NCBI GenBank assembly: GCA_036387855.1 | Contig: DASVSZ010000030.1 | Coordinates: forward strand, 802-64,801 | Direction: 5' to 3' | DNA from: Allosphingosinicella sp. | GTDB taxonomy: Bacteria > Pseudomonadota > Alphaproteobacteria > Sphingomonadales > Sphingomonadaceae | DNA length: 64,000 nucleotides | Shown: positions 37,587 through 47,766 of the stretch, one piece after another | How positions within the stretch are numbered: the stretch's first letter is position 1 | How the letters are laid out: each line of letters begins with the position of its first letter | Made by a program: the position numbers and the translations under genes | Notes under the pieces: model-generated | Seen by the model: only the letters and a program-made list of their open reading frames with translations | What the model was told of the DNA's origin: nothing | Database searches by the model: none

Positions 37587-37754
37587 GTGGCCGACCGACC
37601 CGCCCACCTCAAGCCGCCCGCCAACTTCTCGAAGAGCCCGCCCGTCCCCGAACCCGGGCCAGCCCGCGAAGATACCGAGCATGGCGGCCCAAAGGGGCAG
37701 GAGCCGACCCGCTATGGCGACTGGGAGAATAACGGCATCGCGTGGGATTTCTGA
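37587..37754 (+). CDS. DUF1674 / SDHAF4-like small protein (55 aa, not in the ORF track)
   Basis: AGGAG SD, GTG start, ...GGPKGQEPTRYGDWENNGIAWDF*. Confidence 0.9.
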   Translation: MADRPAHLKPPANFSKSPPVPEPGPAREDTEHGGPKGQEPTRYGDWENNGIAWDF

Positions 37755-37797
37755 CGGTCAGTTCCCATTCAGCGGTATTGGCTTCCAGGAGCGTGGC

Positions 37798-39234
37798 ATG
37801 AGGATTTCACGTCGCTCTCTGCTCGGCGGTGTCGCTGTCACGGCCAGCGGACTAACCCTGGACGCGGCATTGCTGCCGAAGATAGCGCTAGCGCAAGGTC
37901 CGACGTTCACGCCCGAGCAGTTCGGCGCGAAAGGCGATGGTGCCACCAACGACACCGCCGCCTTTGCCCGGCTCGCGACCGCGGTGAACATCGCCGGTGG
38001 CGGCACGATCGTGCTGCGCAAGACCACCTACATCGTCGGCCAGCAGCGCGCATCGCTGAAACGGGATGATTATTGGTCGTTCGAACCCGCGCCCATTCTG
38101 CGGATTGCCAAGTGCCGCGACCCATTGATCATCCGTGGTAACGGAGCGCGGATCAGGGGGGCCGATGGCCTGCGATATGGTACGTTCGATTCTGCAACCG
38201 GGCGGCGCACGGATAATCCGATGCCGTTCACTGCGGGACAGATTGCGACGCCGTATCGCGAGATGATCAGGATCGAGGATTGTTCAGGCCCGGTCGAAGT
38301 CGCCGACCTTGAACTGGACGGCAACATCGATCGACAGCAGCTGGGCGGGCCATTCGGCGATGTCGGCCGGCAGATCCCCCACATCGGATTGGCCTTGTTC
38401 AACAATCGCGGCGACGAACTGGTCCGCAATGTCCATTCCCACCACCATGGCCACGACGGGCTGTACATCGATGGAATCGATCGGGTGCAACGACCGGCGC
38501 CCGTCCGCAGGATCATCGGTTTTCGCTCCGAATATAACGGACGCCAGGGATGCAGCATGACGGGCGGGCGCGGTTACCAATTTCAGGATTGCAAGTTCAG
38601 CCATACCGGCAGGTCGCGATCCGGCGTTCTCAGTCCACCCGGCGCCGGGCTCGATCTTGAGGCGGAGAACGGCAAGATCAATCGCGATTTTACATTCATC
38701 AATTGCGAGTTCGTCGACAATGGCGGGTGCGGGCTGGTCGCGGACACCGGCGACAGCGAAGGCGCGCTGTTTCGCGGCTGCACGTTCGTTGGAACCACCG
38801 CTTGGGCCGCTTGGCCGAACAAGCCGCGTTTTCGTTTCGATGATTGTTTGTTCGTCGGCGCGTCAGTTCGCGCGTTTGGCGATCCCGATCCCGACCGTGC
38901 CGCCCAATTTCATAACTGCCGGTTTCGCGACGATCCGGGCTTGTCGCCGACAGGCAAGGTTTATCTCGGCGATAATGGCCGCGCCCCCATCTTCGACTTA
39001 TCAAGCTCCGTGAACGTCCTGTTCTCGGGCTGTGATTTCGAGCTGACCGGCAAGGGCGTGCTGCCGTGGAGCTGGCACGCCATCTACCAGGATTGCCGGA
39101 TGCGCCAACGGTCAGCGGACCAGGCGTACCCGAAAGGGAAATATCGCGGCCGCAGCAGGATCGAGGCCAATGTCGATATGTACGGCACCAGCGTCGAAGG
39201 CGCGCTGACGGTCAACGGACGTCCGCTCGCCTAA
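37798..39234 (+). CDS. Tat-exported right-handed beta-helix (pectate-lyase-like) protein
   Basis: SRRSLL Tat motif, PEQFGAKGDGATNDTAAF, repeated NGRQG/DLE/F-x-NC-x-F units. Confidence 0.8.
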   Translation: MRISRRSLLGGVAVTASGLTLDAALLPKIALAQGPTFTPEQFGAKGDGATNDTAAFARLATAVNIAGGGTIVLRKTTYIVGQQRASLKRDDYWSFEPAPILRIAKCRDPLIIRGNGARIRGADGLRYGTFDSATGRRTDNPMPFTAGQIATPYREMIRIEDCSGPVEVADLELDGNIDRQQLGGPFGDVGRQIPHIGLALFNNRGDELVRNVHSHHHGHDGLYIDGIDRVQRPAPVRRIIGFRSEYNGRQGCSMTGGRGYQFQDCKFSHTGRSRSGVLSPPGAGLDLEAENGKINRDFTFINCEFVDNGGCGLVADTGDSEGALFRGCTFVGTTAWAAWPNKPRFRFDDCLFVGASVRAFGDPDPDRAAQFHNCRFRDDPGLSPTGKVYLGDNGRAPIFDLSSSVNVLFSGCDFELTGKGVLPWSWHAIYQDCRMRQRSADQAYPKGKYRGRSRIEANVDMYGTSVEGALTVNGRPLA

Positions 39235-40211
39235 ATGCTTTCCTGGCGCAACGGGCGCGAGAGGAGGCGCTCCACGATGACGGGCGCATCCGCTGCGCCC
39301 GACAGAAGTTCGCAGACCGCTTCGACGATCGGCATGTCGATGCCGGCATCGATCGCCGCGCGGCGCAGGACGGGGGCGGTGTAGGCGCCTTCCGCGACCG
39401 TGCGGCGATCGGCGAGCAGATCGGCCGCCGCCCGGCCTTGACCCAGGCCGACGCCGAGGCTGAAATTGCGGGAACTGGTGGACGAGCAGGTCAGGACGAG
39501 ATCACCCAGGCCCGACAGGCCGGCGAGGGTTTCGGCGCGGGCGCCCCGGGCGAGGCCGAAGCGGGTCATTTCCGCAAAGCCGCGCGAGATTAGAGCGGCG
39601 CGGGCATTCTGGCCGAGGCCGCGGCCTTCCACCACCCCGCAGGCGATGGCGAGCACGTTCTTGATCGCGCCGCCGATTTCCGCCCCGGCCACGTCGTCCG
39701 AAAGGTAGGGCCGGAAGGCCGGGCGGGCGAGCCGATCGCGCAGCCGTTGGCCGACCTGGGGATCGCCGATCGCGAGCGTCACCGCGGCAGGGAGCCCGGC
39801 CGCGACTTCATGGGCGAAGGTCGGGCCGGACAGGACGGCGATCGGCGCCGCCGGCTGCGCTTGGTGGGCAACCTCATGCATCAGCCTGGTCGAGCTTTCC
39901 TCCATTCCCTTGGCGCACAGGACGAGCGGCAACCGCAGCGGCGGCAGCGCGGCGAGAGTCGCGCGAAGATGCTGGGCGGGAGTGACCACCAGCAATGCGT
40001 CGCAGCCTGCCAGGTCCGTCAGTTCGCCCGTGGCCCGGATCTGGCGAGACAAAGCGATTCCGGGGAGGAATGGGCGGTTTTCGTGCGCGTCGTTGATGTC
40101 GCCGACCACTTCGGGCTCGCGTGCCCACAACAGCACCGGCTCGCCGCCGGCCGCCGCGACCTGGGCCAGCGCGGTGCCCCAGGCGCCGCCGCCGATCACG
40201 CCGATCTTCAT
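39231..40211 (-). CDS. gpsA: NAD(P)H-dependent glycerol-3-phosphate dehydrogenase
   Basis: [32 protein letters not shown]. Confidence 0.96.
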   Translation of the reverse strand: MKIGVIGGGAWGTALAQVAAAGGEPVLLWAREPEVVGDINDAHENRPFLPGIALSRQIRATGELTDLAGCDALLVVTPAQHLRATLAALPPLRLPLVLCAKGMEESSTRLMHEVAHQAQPAAPIAVLSGPTFAHEVAAGLPAAVTLAIGDPQVGQRLRDRLARPAFRPYLSDDVAGAEIGGAIKNVLAIACGVVEGRGLGQNARAALISRGFAEMTRFGLARGARAETLAGLSGLGDLVLTCSSTSSRNFSLGVGLGQGRAAADLLADRRTVAEGAYTAPVLRRAAIDAGIDMPIVEAVCELLSGAADAPVIVERLLSRPLRQESI

Positions 40212-41242
40212 GCCTTGACGCCCGCGCCGCGCGCCCGCTCGGCGTCTGGATCGAGCGGCCAGCGGGCTCGGGCCGGGGCGTCCAGCCCGTCGATCAGCCC
40301 GGCCTCAAGCCGCAGCGCTCCGGCCCAGCCGATCATCGCCGCATTGTCGGTGCACAGCCACAATGGCGGCGCGACGAACGGAAGGCCGTGCTTGGTGGCG
40401 AGGCCAGCCAGCGCGGATCGGATCGTGCGGTTGGCGGCCACCCCGCCCGCCACGACCAGGGCAGTCGCGCCACCTGTCCGCGCCAGCGCCCGCGCGGTCC
40501 GATCGAGCAGGCAATCCACCACCGCCTCCTGAAAGGAAGCGGCGATATCTTCCGGTGCATGCGCGCCCGACTGAACCGCCCTCAGCACCGCGCTTTTCAA
40601 CCCGGCGAAAGAGAAATGCGGTTCGGCGGAGCCGACCAGCGGGCGGGGGAGGAGTACCGCCTTCGGATCGCCGGTCTGCGCGGCGCGCTCGACCGCCGGC
40701 CCTCCCGGGAAGCCGAGCCCGAGCAGCTTGGCGCTCTTGTCGAACGCTTCTCCGGCGGCGTCGTCGATCGTGGTCGCCAGGCGCCGGTAGCGGCCGACCG
40801 CTTCTACGAACAGCAACTGGCAATGCCCGCCCGACACGAGCAGCAGTAGATAGGGGAAGCGAAGCTCCGGATCGCTCAGCATCGGTGAAAGCGCGTGGCC
40901 TTCCAGATGATTGAGCGCGATCAGCGGCTTGCCCGCCGCAAGTGCCAGCCCCTTGGCGGTCACCAGCCCCACCATGACGCCACCGATCAGCCCCGGCCCC
41001 GCCGTCGCAGCGACCGCATCGACCTGGTCGAGCGACACGTCCGCTTCCGACAACGCCTGCTCGATCAGGTCCGGCAGGATCTCGACATGGGCGCGCGCGG
41101 CGATTTCCGGGACGACGCCGCCGAACGGGCGATGCGCGGCTTCCTGCCCGGCCAGTTTGTGGGCGAGCACCCGCCGGTCGGACGTGACCAGCGCCGCCGC
41201 CGTTTCGTCGCAGCTGGATTCGATGCCAAGGATCAAGCTCAC
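40208..41242 (-). CDS. tsaD: tRNA t6A transferase subunit TsaD
   Basis: [38 protein letters not shown]. Confidence 0.97.
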   Translation of the reverse strand: MSLILGIESSCDETAAALVTSDRRVLAHKLAGQEAAHRPFGGVVPEIAARAHVEILPDLIEQALSEADVSLDQVDAVAATAGPGLIGGVMVGLVTAKGLALAAGKPLIALNHLEGHALSPMLSDPELRFPYLLLLVSGGHCQLLFVEAVGRYRRLATTIDDAAGEAFDKSAKLLGLGFPGGPAVERAAQTGDPKAVLLPRPLVGSAEPHFSFAGLKSAVLRAVQSGAHAPEDIAASFQEAVVDCLLDRTARALARTGGATALVVAGGVAANRTIRSALAGLATKHGLPFVAPPLWLCTDNAAMIGWAGALRLEAGLIDGLDAPARARWPLDPDAERARGAGVKA

Positions 41243-41284
41243 CCGCTTTCCTCTATCGACGCTTGCCATTAGGGCAAGCAGTGC

Positions 41285-42211
41285 ATGATCCACCCCGTTC
41301 GCATCGGCACGCGCGGCTCACCGCTGGCGCTCAAGCAGGCCCGCATGGTCGCCGAGGCGCTCCGCGCCGCCCATGGCTGGAGCCTGGAATGGATTGAGAT
41401 CGTGCCGATCTCCACCACCGGCGATGTCGTGCAGGATCGCCCGCTGTCCGAAGTCGGGGGCAAGGGGCTGTGGACCAAGGAACTGGACCGCGCGCTCGGC
41501 GAAGGTGTGATCGACTTGTCGGTTCACTCGATGAAGGATGTCGAGACGATCCGGCCCGACGAACTCGTGATCGAGGCGATGCTGCCCCGCGCGGACGTTC
41601 GCGACCGGCTGATCGGGGCCGAAAGCATCGAGGCGCTGCCCTCCTGGGCACGGGTCGGCACATCTTCGCCGAGGCGCACGGCGCAGCTGCTCGCCAGGCG
41701 GCCCGATCTCAACATCGTGATGTTCCGGGGCAATGTGGCGACCCGCCTGCGCCGGATCGAGATGGGCGAGGCCGACGCGACCCTGCTCGCGGCGGCCGGA
41801 CTGGACCGGCTCGACCAGGCATCGACGGGCACGCCGATCGACGACATGCTGCCCGCTCCGGCGCAAGGCGCGGTCGGCATCGAAGTGGCGGCGGCGAACG
41901 GCCGCGTGCGGGAACTGGTTCGGGCGATCGATCACCAGCCGACCCATGTCTGCGTTTCCGCGGAGCGCCGTTTGCTGGAAGGCTTGGGTGGCGGGTGCCG
42001 GTCGCCGGTCGCCGGCCTGGCGGTTCACGAGGATGGATCGATCCGGCTCCGCGCCGAGATCCTGACCAATGACGGCAGCGAGTTCGAGGCCGGCGAAGTG
42101 GCTTTCGCCGCCGGCGACGAGGAGGCGCCGCTCGCCTTGGCCCGTCACCTGCTGAAGGAGGCATCTCCCGCCTTGCGCGGCCTGTTCGGCGGAGCCGCTT
42201 CATTCTCCTGA
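41285..42211 (+). CDS. hemC: Hydroxymethylbilane synthase
   Basis: [41 protein letters not shown]. Confidence 0.96.
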   Translation: MIHPVRIGTRGSPLALKQARMVAEALRAAHGWSLEWIEIVPISTTGDVVQDRPLSEVGGKGLWTKELDRALGEGVIDLSVHSMKDVETIRPDELVIEAMLPRADVRDRLIGAESIEALPSWARVGTSSPRRTAQLLARRPDLNIVMFRGNVATRLRRIEMGEADATLLAAAGLDRLDQASTGTPIDDMLPAPAQGAVGIEVAAANGRVRELVRAIDHQPTHVCVSAERRLLEGLGGGCRSPVAGLAVHEDGSIRLRAEILTNDGSEFEAGEVAFAAGDEEAPLALARHLLKEASPALRGLFGGAASFS

Positions 42212-42909
42212 TCCTTCGCCCCGAGCCCGGGGCAAGCGCAACCGCCGCCCGGGCGAAGACGCTTGGGCTGCGGGCCATGGTCGCGCCCCTGTTCGAGTTG
42301 CGTGCGATCGACTGGGACCCGCCCGAACCCGGTCGTTTTCAAGCGCTGATGCTGACCAGCGTGAACGGGGCCGTCCATGCCGGTCCGTCGCTTGGCCAAT
42401 ATGTTGGCCTGCCTTGCTACTGCGTCGGCGAGGCGACGGCAGCGGCCGCGCGGGAATCGGGGCTCGGACGGCTTGTGCTAGGCGAGGGCGACGCCCGCGC
42501 CTTGGTCGAGCGTATGGCACAGGACGAGATCGGTTGCGCGTTGCACTTGTCCGGGCGCGAGCATCTCGAGATCAATCCTGGCGCGGTGCGAATCGAGCGC
42601 CGCGTTGTGTACGCCGCCGACGCGGCCGGAGACCTCTCACCCGAAGCACAATCGGCCCTTCGGGCGGGGGCGCTCGCATTAGTCCATTCGCCGCGCGCCG
42701 CTCGGCGGTTCGCGGCCCTGGTCGACAAGGCTGTCCTGGCCCGGTCAACGATCCGTATCGCGGCGATCAGCGGAAATGCAGTGGCAGCGCTCGGAGCAGG
42801 GTGGCATCTGGCGATTGCCGCCGAAACTCCCACCGATCAGGCATTGCTGGAGCTTGCCACGAAGCTGTGCAAGACTGAGCCGATGGGCGGTTCGGATCAC
42901 AGGCAATGA
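42202..42909 (+). CDS. hemD: Uroporphyrinogen-III synthase; N-terminus lacks ATG/GTG/TTG
   Basis: In-frame [18 protein letters not shown] precedes ATG 42277; LTSVN, VGEATA, HSPRAA motifs. Confidence 0.85.
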   Translation: MLLILRPEPGASATAARAKTLGLRAMVAPLFELRAIDWDPPEPGRFQALMLTSVNGAVHAGPSLGQYVGLPCYCVGEATAAAARESGLGRLVLGEGDARALVERMAQDEIGCALHLSGREHLEINPGAVRIERRVVYAADAAGDLSPEAQSALRAGALALVHSPRAARRFAALVDKAVLARSTIRIAAISGNAVAALGAGWHLAIAAETPTDQALLELATKLCKTEPMGGSDHRQ

Positions 42910-43808
42910 GCGTCGGTTATGTGCGCACCGAAGGCGCGACGCGGCGGCGCTCGCTGCTGGTGATCCTTCTCCTGCCGCTGCTCGCCTTTCTGATCGGGCT
43001 TGCGGCGATGGGCTGGCTCCTGTCCCGCTGGGATGCAGCCGCCGCATATCTGGGCATCGCGCCTCGGACGGTGATCGTGCAGCCCGCTCCCGTGCCGCAG
43101 CCGCTGCCGGTTCCGACCGCGCAGGTTCCGGTGCCGGCCTTATCGACGGGCCCCACGCAGCGCCTGGTGATCGATCCGGAGACGACGCGCCGGGTCAACC
43201 GGCTCGAGCAGCGGCTGGCCGACATCGCACAGCAATCGACCGCCGCCGCCGGCAATGCCGATCGCGCGGAAGGCCTGCTCGTCGCATTCGCCGCCCGGCG
43301 CGCGCTCGATCGCGGTGTGAGCCTGGGTTATATCGAAGGGCTGCTTCAGCAGCGCTTCGGCGACACGCAGCGGCCGGCGGTCGCCACCATCATCACCGCC
43401 TCGCGCCAGCCGGTGACGCTGGCGCGGCTCCAGGCGGGTTTGCAGGAGGTCGGCCCGGAATTGGTAGGCGGCGGGCCGAACCAGGATTGGTGGACGGCGC
43501 TTAAACGTGAGCTGTCGGGCCTGGTGGTGGTGCGCAAGGGCGGCACCCCCTCGACCTTGCCGAGCGAGCGGCTGCAACGGGCGCGGCAGCAGCTGAGCGC
43601 CGGACAGGTCGACGTGGCGTTGGCCGAGGTGCTGCGAATGCCAGGCCGCGAGCTCGCGCCGGACTGGATCGCCGAAGCGCGCCGCTATGTGGCCGCCCGC
43701 AACGCCCTCGATACGATCGAGACTGCCGCCCTGCTCGATCCGCGCAATCCGCCCCAACCCGGCCAAACTGCGCAGGCCCGGCTGGGCCGGGTCCCGCCCG
43801 CCATCTGA
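42906..43808 (+). CDS. Inner-membrane protein, probable COG4223 / alphaMic60 (mitofilin-like)
   Basis: Single TM, coiled coil, C-terminal helical domain; position after hemC-hemD. Confidence 0.6.
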   Translation: MSVGYVRTEGATRRRSLLVILLLPLLAFLIGLAAMGWLLSRWDAAAAYLGIAPRTVIVQPAPVPQPLPVPTAQVPVPALSTGPTQRLVIDPETTRRVNRLEQRLADIAQQSTAAAGNADRAEGLLVAFAARRALDRGVSLGYIEGLLQQRFGDTQRPAVATIITASRQPVTLARLQAGLQEVGPELVGGGPNQDWWTALKRELSGLVVVRKGGTPSTLPSERLQRARQQLSAGQVDVALAEVLRMPGRELAPDWIAEARRYVAARNALDTIETAALLDPRNPPQPGQTAQARLGRVPPAI

Positions 43809-43917
43809 CGCGGCTAGCCGAGGCGCGACGATGCGTTTCGCCTCGGCGATGGCCTCCCGCTCGGCAGGGAACCCCATCGCTCGCGCCGGACGTTGATACC
43901 GACGAAGGAGAGTGGCG

Positions 43918-44136
43918 ATGAGCAACAAGCAATTGCGGCCCGACGAACAGCCTGTCGAGCTTCAGGACGATCTCGAGCGTAACCCGGGGATCGGCGGTTC
44001 CGAAGGCCTGTTCGCGCGTCAAGGAGGCGACGATGCCGGCCTGATCGAGGGCGACAACACGGTCGAAGGCGATGTCGAGAATGACGGAATGGCGGCGGGC
44101 GGCGTCGGCACGGAGCTTGGCCGCACGAACAAATAG
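43918..44136 (+). CDS. Small acidic hypothetical protein, probably stress-related
   Basis: AAGGAG SD; DLERNPGIG...EGDNTVEGDVEND...GRTNK; upstream GGAAC-N18-CGTT (43868-43894). Confidence 0.75.
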   Translation: MSNKQLRPDEQPVELQDDLERNPGIGGSEGLFARQGGDDAGLIEGDNTVEGDVENDGMAAGGVGTELGRTNK

Positions 44137-44164
44137 CGGGCCCGCGCCTAGCAGCGATCCGGCG

Positions 44165-44752
44165 CTACGAAGCGGTTCCGATCCAGGCGGCGACCTGGGT
44201 CGCGACTTCGTTGGCGGCCTGGTTCAGCGCCGGGGAGACGCTCGCCGCGTCAGCGACGGCCACCGGCACGCGCGCTTCGAACCGACGAGTGGTCACGCCG
44301 CCGCCGCGGCGGGCGAGGGCCGCGTCATAGACGGCAACGACTTCCATCCGGGTCGCGTCGAGGCCAAACTCCTGGAGCGTGCCGGTCAGGCGGGTGCCAG
44401 GGTCGAACGCGAACTGGCGGGGATCCAGTACGACGCGGCCGGTGGTCGCCGCGACGGTTTCGGACACGAGCCGCGCGAACAGGTTCGCGGGCAGTTCCAC
44501 CCATTGCGCATCCTTTAGATAGGCCACCGCGACATTGCTCTGGCGAACCGGCACCCGCACCGTCTGCAGCTCGCGCGCGGCCTGGGGCGGCACGATCGTG
44601 ATCGTCTCGCCTTCGGCGGCGCTGCGGGTCGCGCCCGCTTCGCGCATCTGCGCGGACGTTAGCGTCATCAGGGATGCCGGCGGCTTCGCGCCGAAGCTGA
44701 TGCAGCCGGATAGGGCGAGCGCGGCGCAGAGCGCGGTGGCAGTCTTCGTCAT
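44165..44752 (-). CDS. ABC auxiliary lipoprotein (PqiC-like)
   Basis: Lipobox LSGC; AQWVELP; last gene of the MCE operon. Confidence 0.85.
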   Translation of the reverse strand: MTKTATALCAALALSGCISFGAKPPASLMTLTSAQMREAGATRSAAEGETITIVPPQAARELQTVRVPVRQSNVAVAYLKDAQWVELPANLFARLVSETVAATTGRVVLDPRQFAFDPGTRLTGTLQEFGLDATRMEVVAVYDAALARRGGGVTTRRFEARVPVAVADAASVSPALNQAANEVATQVAAWIGTAS

Positions 44753-45702
44753 TTCGTCTTCCCCGGCTCGTAATCGGGCAGCTTGGGCGCGCCGAGGATC
44801 GACGTCGCGCCTTCCTGATCGATGCGGGTGGTGATCGATCGCAGCGCGTCCGTGGTCTCCCGCAGGTCACGAACCAGCTGGCCGACTTCCGGAATGGTCT
44901 GCTTGGTCAGCGCCTGAACACCCGGACGGGCCTCGCCGATCGTCGAATCCAGCGTGTCGACCGTGGTCTGGGCGGAGCGGATGGTGGCCCGCAGATCGCG
45001 GACCAAACTCTGGCCCTCCTGATCGAGCAGCCGGTTCGACGTCTCGGCGACGCGGCCGAACCGCTCGGCCGCATCGCCCGCCTGCCGGATCGCGGTCCGC
45101 GCTTCGACCACGGTGGCGGCGATCTCGGGCGAGCGATCGGCAAAGGCGCGGCTGGCCCGTTCGGTGTTGCTCAGGATGTCCGAAATCGTGTCCTGATTGC
45201 GATCGGACAGCAATTGCGTCACCCGCTCGGTCAGCGTCGAGACCCGGTTGAGCAGCTCCGGCGCGCTGTTGAGGATCGCCGCGAAGCCGCCCGGCCGGGT
45301 CGGGATCACCGGGACGCCATACGGGCCGGGCTGGGTGATCGCCGGCGCCCCACGGGCCGCGCCTTCCAGGGAAATCTGCGAAACGCCGGTGAAGCCGACC
45401 CCAGCGATCGTCGCGGTGGTGCCTTGCAGGATCGGTGTGTCCTGCCGGATCGCGATCCGCACCCGCACGAATTCGGGCGTGCGCGGCTCGAGCTGGATAA
45501 TCTCCACCGTGCCGACGGGAACGCCCGAAAAGCTGACGGCGGAGCCGCGCGCGAGGCCATCAACCGCCTGGCGGAAGAAGATGTCATATTCCTTGCGCTC
45601 CTCGCCCGACACCTGGCTCAGCCAGATGATGAAGGCGAGCACCGCCGCGATCATGGCGAGCACGACGCCGCCGACCAGGATGTGATTGGACCGGGTTTCC
45701 AT
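44749..45702 (-). CDS. MlaD/MCE family protein
   Basis: METRSNHILVG, VDGLARGSAVSFSGVPVG. Confidence 0.9.
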   Translation of the reverse strand: METRSNHILVGGVVLAMIAAVLAFIIWLSQVSGEERKEYDIFFRQAVDGLARGSAVSFSGVPVGTVEIIQLEPRTPEFVRVRIAIRQDTPILQGTTATIAGVGFTGVSQISLEGAARGAPAITQPGPYGVPVIPTRPGGFAAILNSAPELLNRVSTLTERVTQLLSDRNQDTISDILSNTERASRAFADRSPEIAATVVEARTAIRQAGDAAERFGRVAETSNRLLDQEGQSLVRDLRATIRSAQTTVDTLDSTIGEARPGVQALTKQTIPEVGQLVRDLRETTDALRSITTRIDQEGATSILGAPKLPDYEPGKTK

Positions 45703-46493
45703 CAGGCGTCAGCGTGGGCGTGCATGGAGGCTTCGGCCGCGCGGCCGCGCGGTCCACGGAAGTATTTCTGTATCCAAGGATGATCCAATGCCAGCAGTTC
45801 CGGTATCGTTCCGACCGCGACGACCTTGCGGTCCGCGAGCACCGCGATACGGTCGCAGATCGCGTAAAGCGTGTCGAGATCATGGGTGATCAGGAACACG
45901 GTCAGTCCCAGCGCGTCGCGCAAGCTCAGCACCAATTGGTCGAACGCGGCCGCGCCGATCGGATCGAGCCCTGCGGTGGGCTCGTCCAGGAACAGCAATT
46001 CGGGATCGAGCGCAAGCGCGCGGGCGATGCCGGCACGCTTCTTCATGCCGCCCGACAGCTCGTTGGGGAACTTGGGCCCAGCCTCGGCCGGCAGGCCGCA
46101 CATCACGATCTTGTAGGACGCGATTTCGTCCATCAGCTGCTGCTTGAGCTTGGGGTAATATTCGCGGATCGGCACCTGGATATTCTCGGCTACCGTCAGC
46201 GTGGAAAACAGCGCCGCGCCCTGGAACAGCACGCCCCAGCGGCGCCGGATATCCTTGGATTCGTCTTCAGCCCGCCCCACCATCGGCTCGCCGAGCACGG
46301 TGACGTCACCAGCCTGCGGCGTCTGCAATCCGATGATCGATCGCATCAGCACCGATTTGCCGGTTCCGGAACCGCCGACCACGCCCAATATCTCGCCCCG
46401 GCGCACGTCGAGATCGAGCCCGTCGTGGACGACCTGGCTGCCGAACCCGTTGCGCAGGCCCCGGACCGCGATGATGCTGTCGCCTTCGGTCAC
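45702..46493 (-). CDS. MlaF-like ABC ATPase
   Basis: GGSGTGKS, ELSGGMKKR, DEPTAGLD; GTG overlaps the mlaE stop. Confidence 0.9.
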   Translation of the reverse strand: MTEGDSIIAVRGLRNGFGSQVVHDGLDLDVRRGEILGVVGGSGTGKSVLMRSIIGLQTPQAGDVTVLGEPMVGRAEDESKDIRRRWGVLFQGAALFSTLTVAENIQVPIREYYPKLKQQLMDEIASYKIVMCGLPAEAGPKFPNELSGGMKKRAGIARALALDPELLFLDEPTAGLDPIGAAAFDQLVLSLRDALGLTVFLITHDLDTLYAICDRIAVLADRKVVAVGTIPELLALDHPWIQKYFRGPRGRAAEASMHAHADA

Positions 46494-47599
46494 AACCATC
46501 CGATCGAGGTGAAGAAGACCGCGAAAAAAGCGTCGAGCACGATCACCAGGAAGATGCCCTGCACCACCGCCGCGGTGGTGCGCAGGCCGACCGCTTCCGC
46601 ATTGCCTTCGACCTGCATGCCCTGAAAGCAGCCGGCCATCGCGATGATAAGGCCGAACACCGGCGCCTTGATCAGCGCCTGCCACAGGTCCGTCATCGGC
46701 ACCACTTCACGGATGCGCTGGACAAAGGTGACCGGCGGGATGTCCAGCGACAGCCACGAGAAGATGCCGCCGCCGATGATCGATACAAGGGCCGCGTAAA
46801 AGCCGAGCAGCGGCATCAGCAGCACCGTCGCCAGCACGCGGGGTAGGACCAGCGCCTCCATCGGCGACACGCCGATGGTGCGCATCGCGTCTACCTCTTC
46901 GGCGAGCTTCATCGATCCGATCTGCGCGGCGAAGGCAGAGCCCGAGCGGCCGGCGACCATGATCGCGGTCATTAGCACGCCGAGTTCCTTGACCGACATG
47001 CGCCCGATCAGGTTGATCGTGAACACCTCGGCGCCGAACTGTGCGAGCTGGACCGCGCCCTGCTGCGCGATGACGATCCCGACCAGGAAGCTCATCAGCC
47101 CGACGATGCCGAGCGCGTTGATGCCGACCACTTCGAACTGTTGCGTGACCGCGTTCGAGCGGAACCGGCGGGGATGCTTGATCACGTTCCACGTGGAAAT
47201 CAGCACCGATCCGAAGAAACCGAGCAGCCCGCCAAGCGTGCGCACCGCCACCGAAGTCGCGCTGCCCACCTGCCCCAGCACGCGGTAGAATGGCGGCGTT
47301 CGATCGGGCCGGACCTTGACCGGCTGATCGGCTGATCGGACCTGATCGATCAGCGACGCCATGTAATTGGACGCCCCCGTCACTTGCGCTTCGTTGCGTC
47401 GGGTCAGTCGGTAGATCAGCCACGCGCCGACCGTATCCATGCGCGGCACTTCGGACAGATCGACGATCAGCTTGCGCCCGTCGACCCGGTCCAGCCGGTC
47501 CGCGACACCATCGATGCGCGCCAGCGTGAGCGGCCCCGAAAAGCGCAACACCTCCCGGTCGCCTTCCAGGGCTTCACTGAAATCGGCGGCTTGATCCAT
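46490..47599 (-). CDS. MlaE-like permease with N-terminal STAS domain
   Basis: DLSEVPRMDTVG (STAS); AGRSGSAFAAQIGSM. Confidence 0.9.
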   Translation of the reverse strand: MDQAADFSEALEGDREVLRFSGPLTLARIDGVADRLDRVDGRKLIVDLSEVPRMDTVGAWLIYRLTRRNEAQVTGASNYMASLIDQVRSADQPVKVRPDRTPPFYRVLGQVGSATSVAVRTLGGLLGFFGSVLISTWNVIKHPRRFRSNAVTQQFEVVGINALGIVGLMSFLVGIVIAQQGAVQLAQFGAEVFTINLIGRMSVKELGVLMTAIMVAGRSGSAFAAQIGSMKLAEEVDAMRTIGVSPMEALVLPRVLATVLLMPLLGFYAALVSIIGGGIFSWLSLDIPPVTFVQRIREVVPMTDLWQALIKAPVFGLIIAMAGCFQGMQVEGNAEAVGLRTTAAVVQGIFLVIVLDAFFAVFFTSIGWL

Positions 47600-47683
47600 C
47601 GCGCCAAGACTTGGGGCAGGAATATGGTGGAGGCAAGGCAGGGCCTTCCGTCATCCGCTCTGGTCCCGGGCGAAGTCCAATAT

Positions 47684-47763
47684 CGTCATCGCGGCGGAAG
47701 CCGGGACCTCGGCTTGGCAGCCGTGTTTTTCCGGCCTGAGGTCCCGGCGTTCGCCGAATGACG
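47684..47763. repeat. REP-like doublet, family C (degenerate)
   Basis: CGTCATCGCGGCGGAAGCCGGGACCTC ... GAGGTCCCGGCGTTCGCCGAATGACG. Confidence 0.75.
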
Positions 47764-47766
47764 GTG

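Noticed and set aside
36580-37797. 884-aa version of the beta-helix ORF, and similar long N-terminal extensions at 6943, 10809, 50394 and 53615
   Set aside because: The extensions overlap real genes on the opposite strand; signal peptides or SD sequences mark the downstream starts
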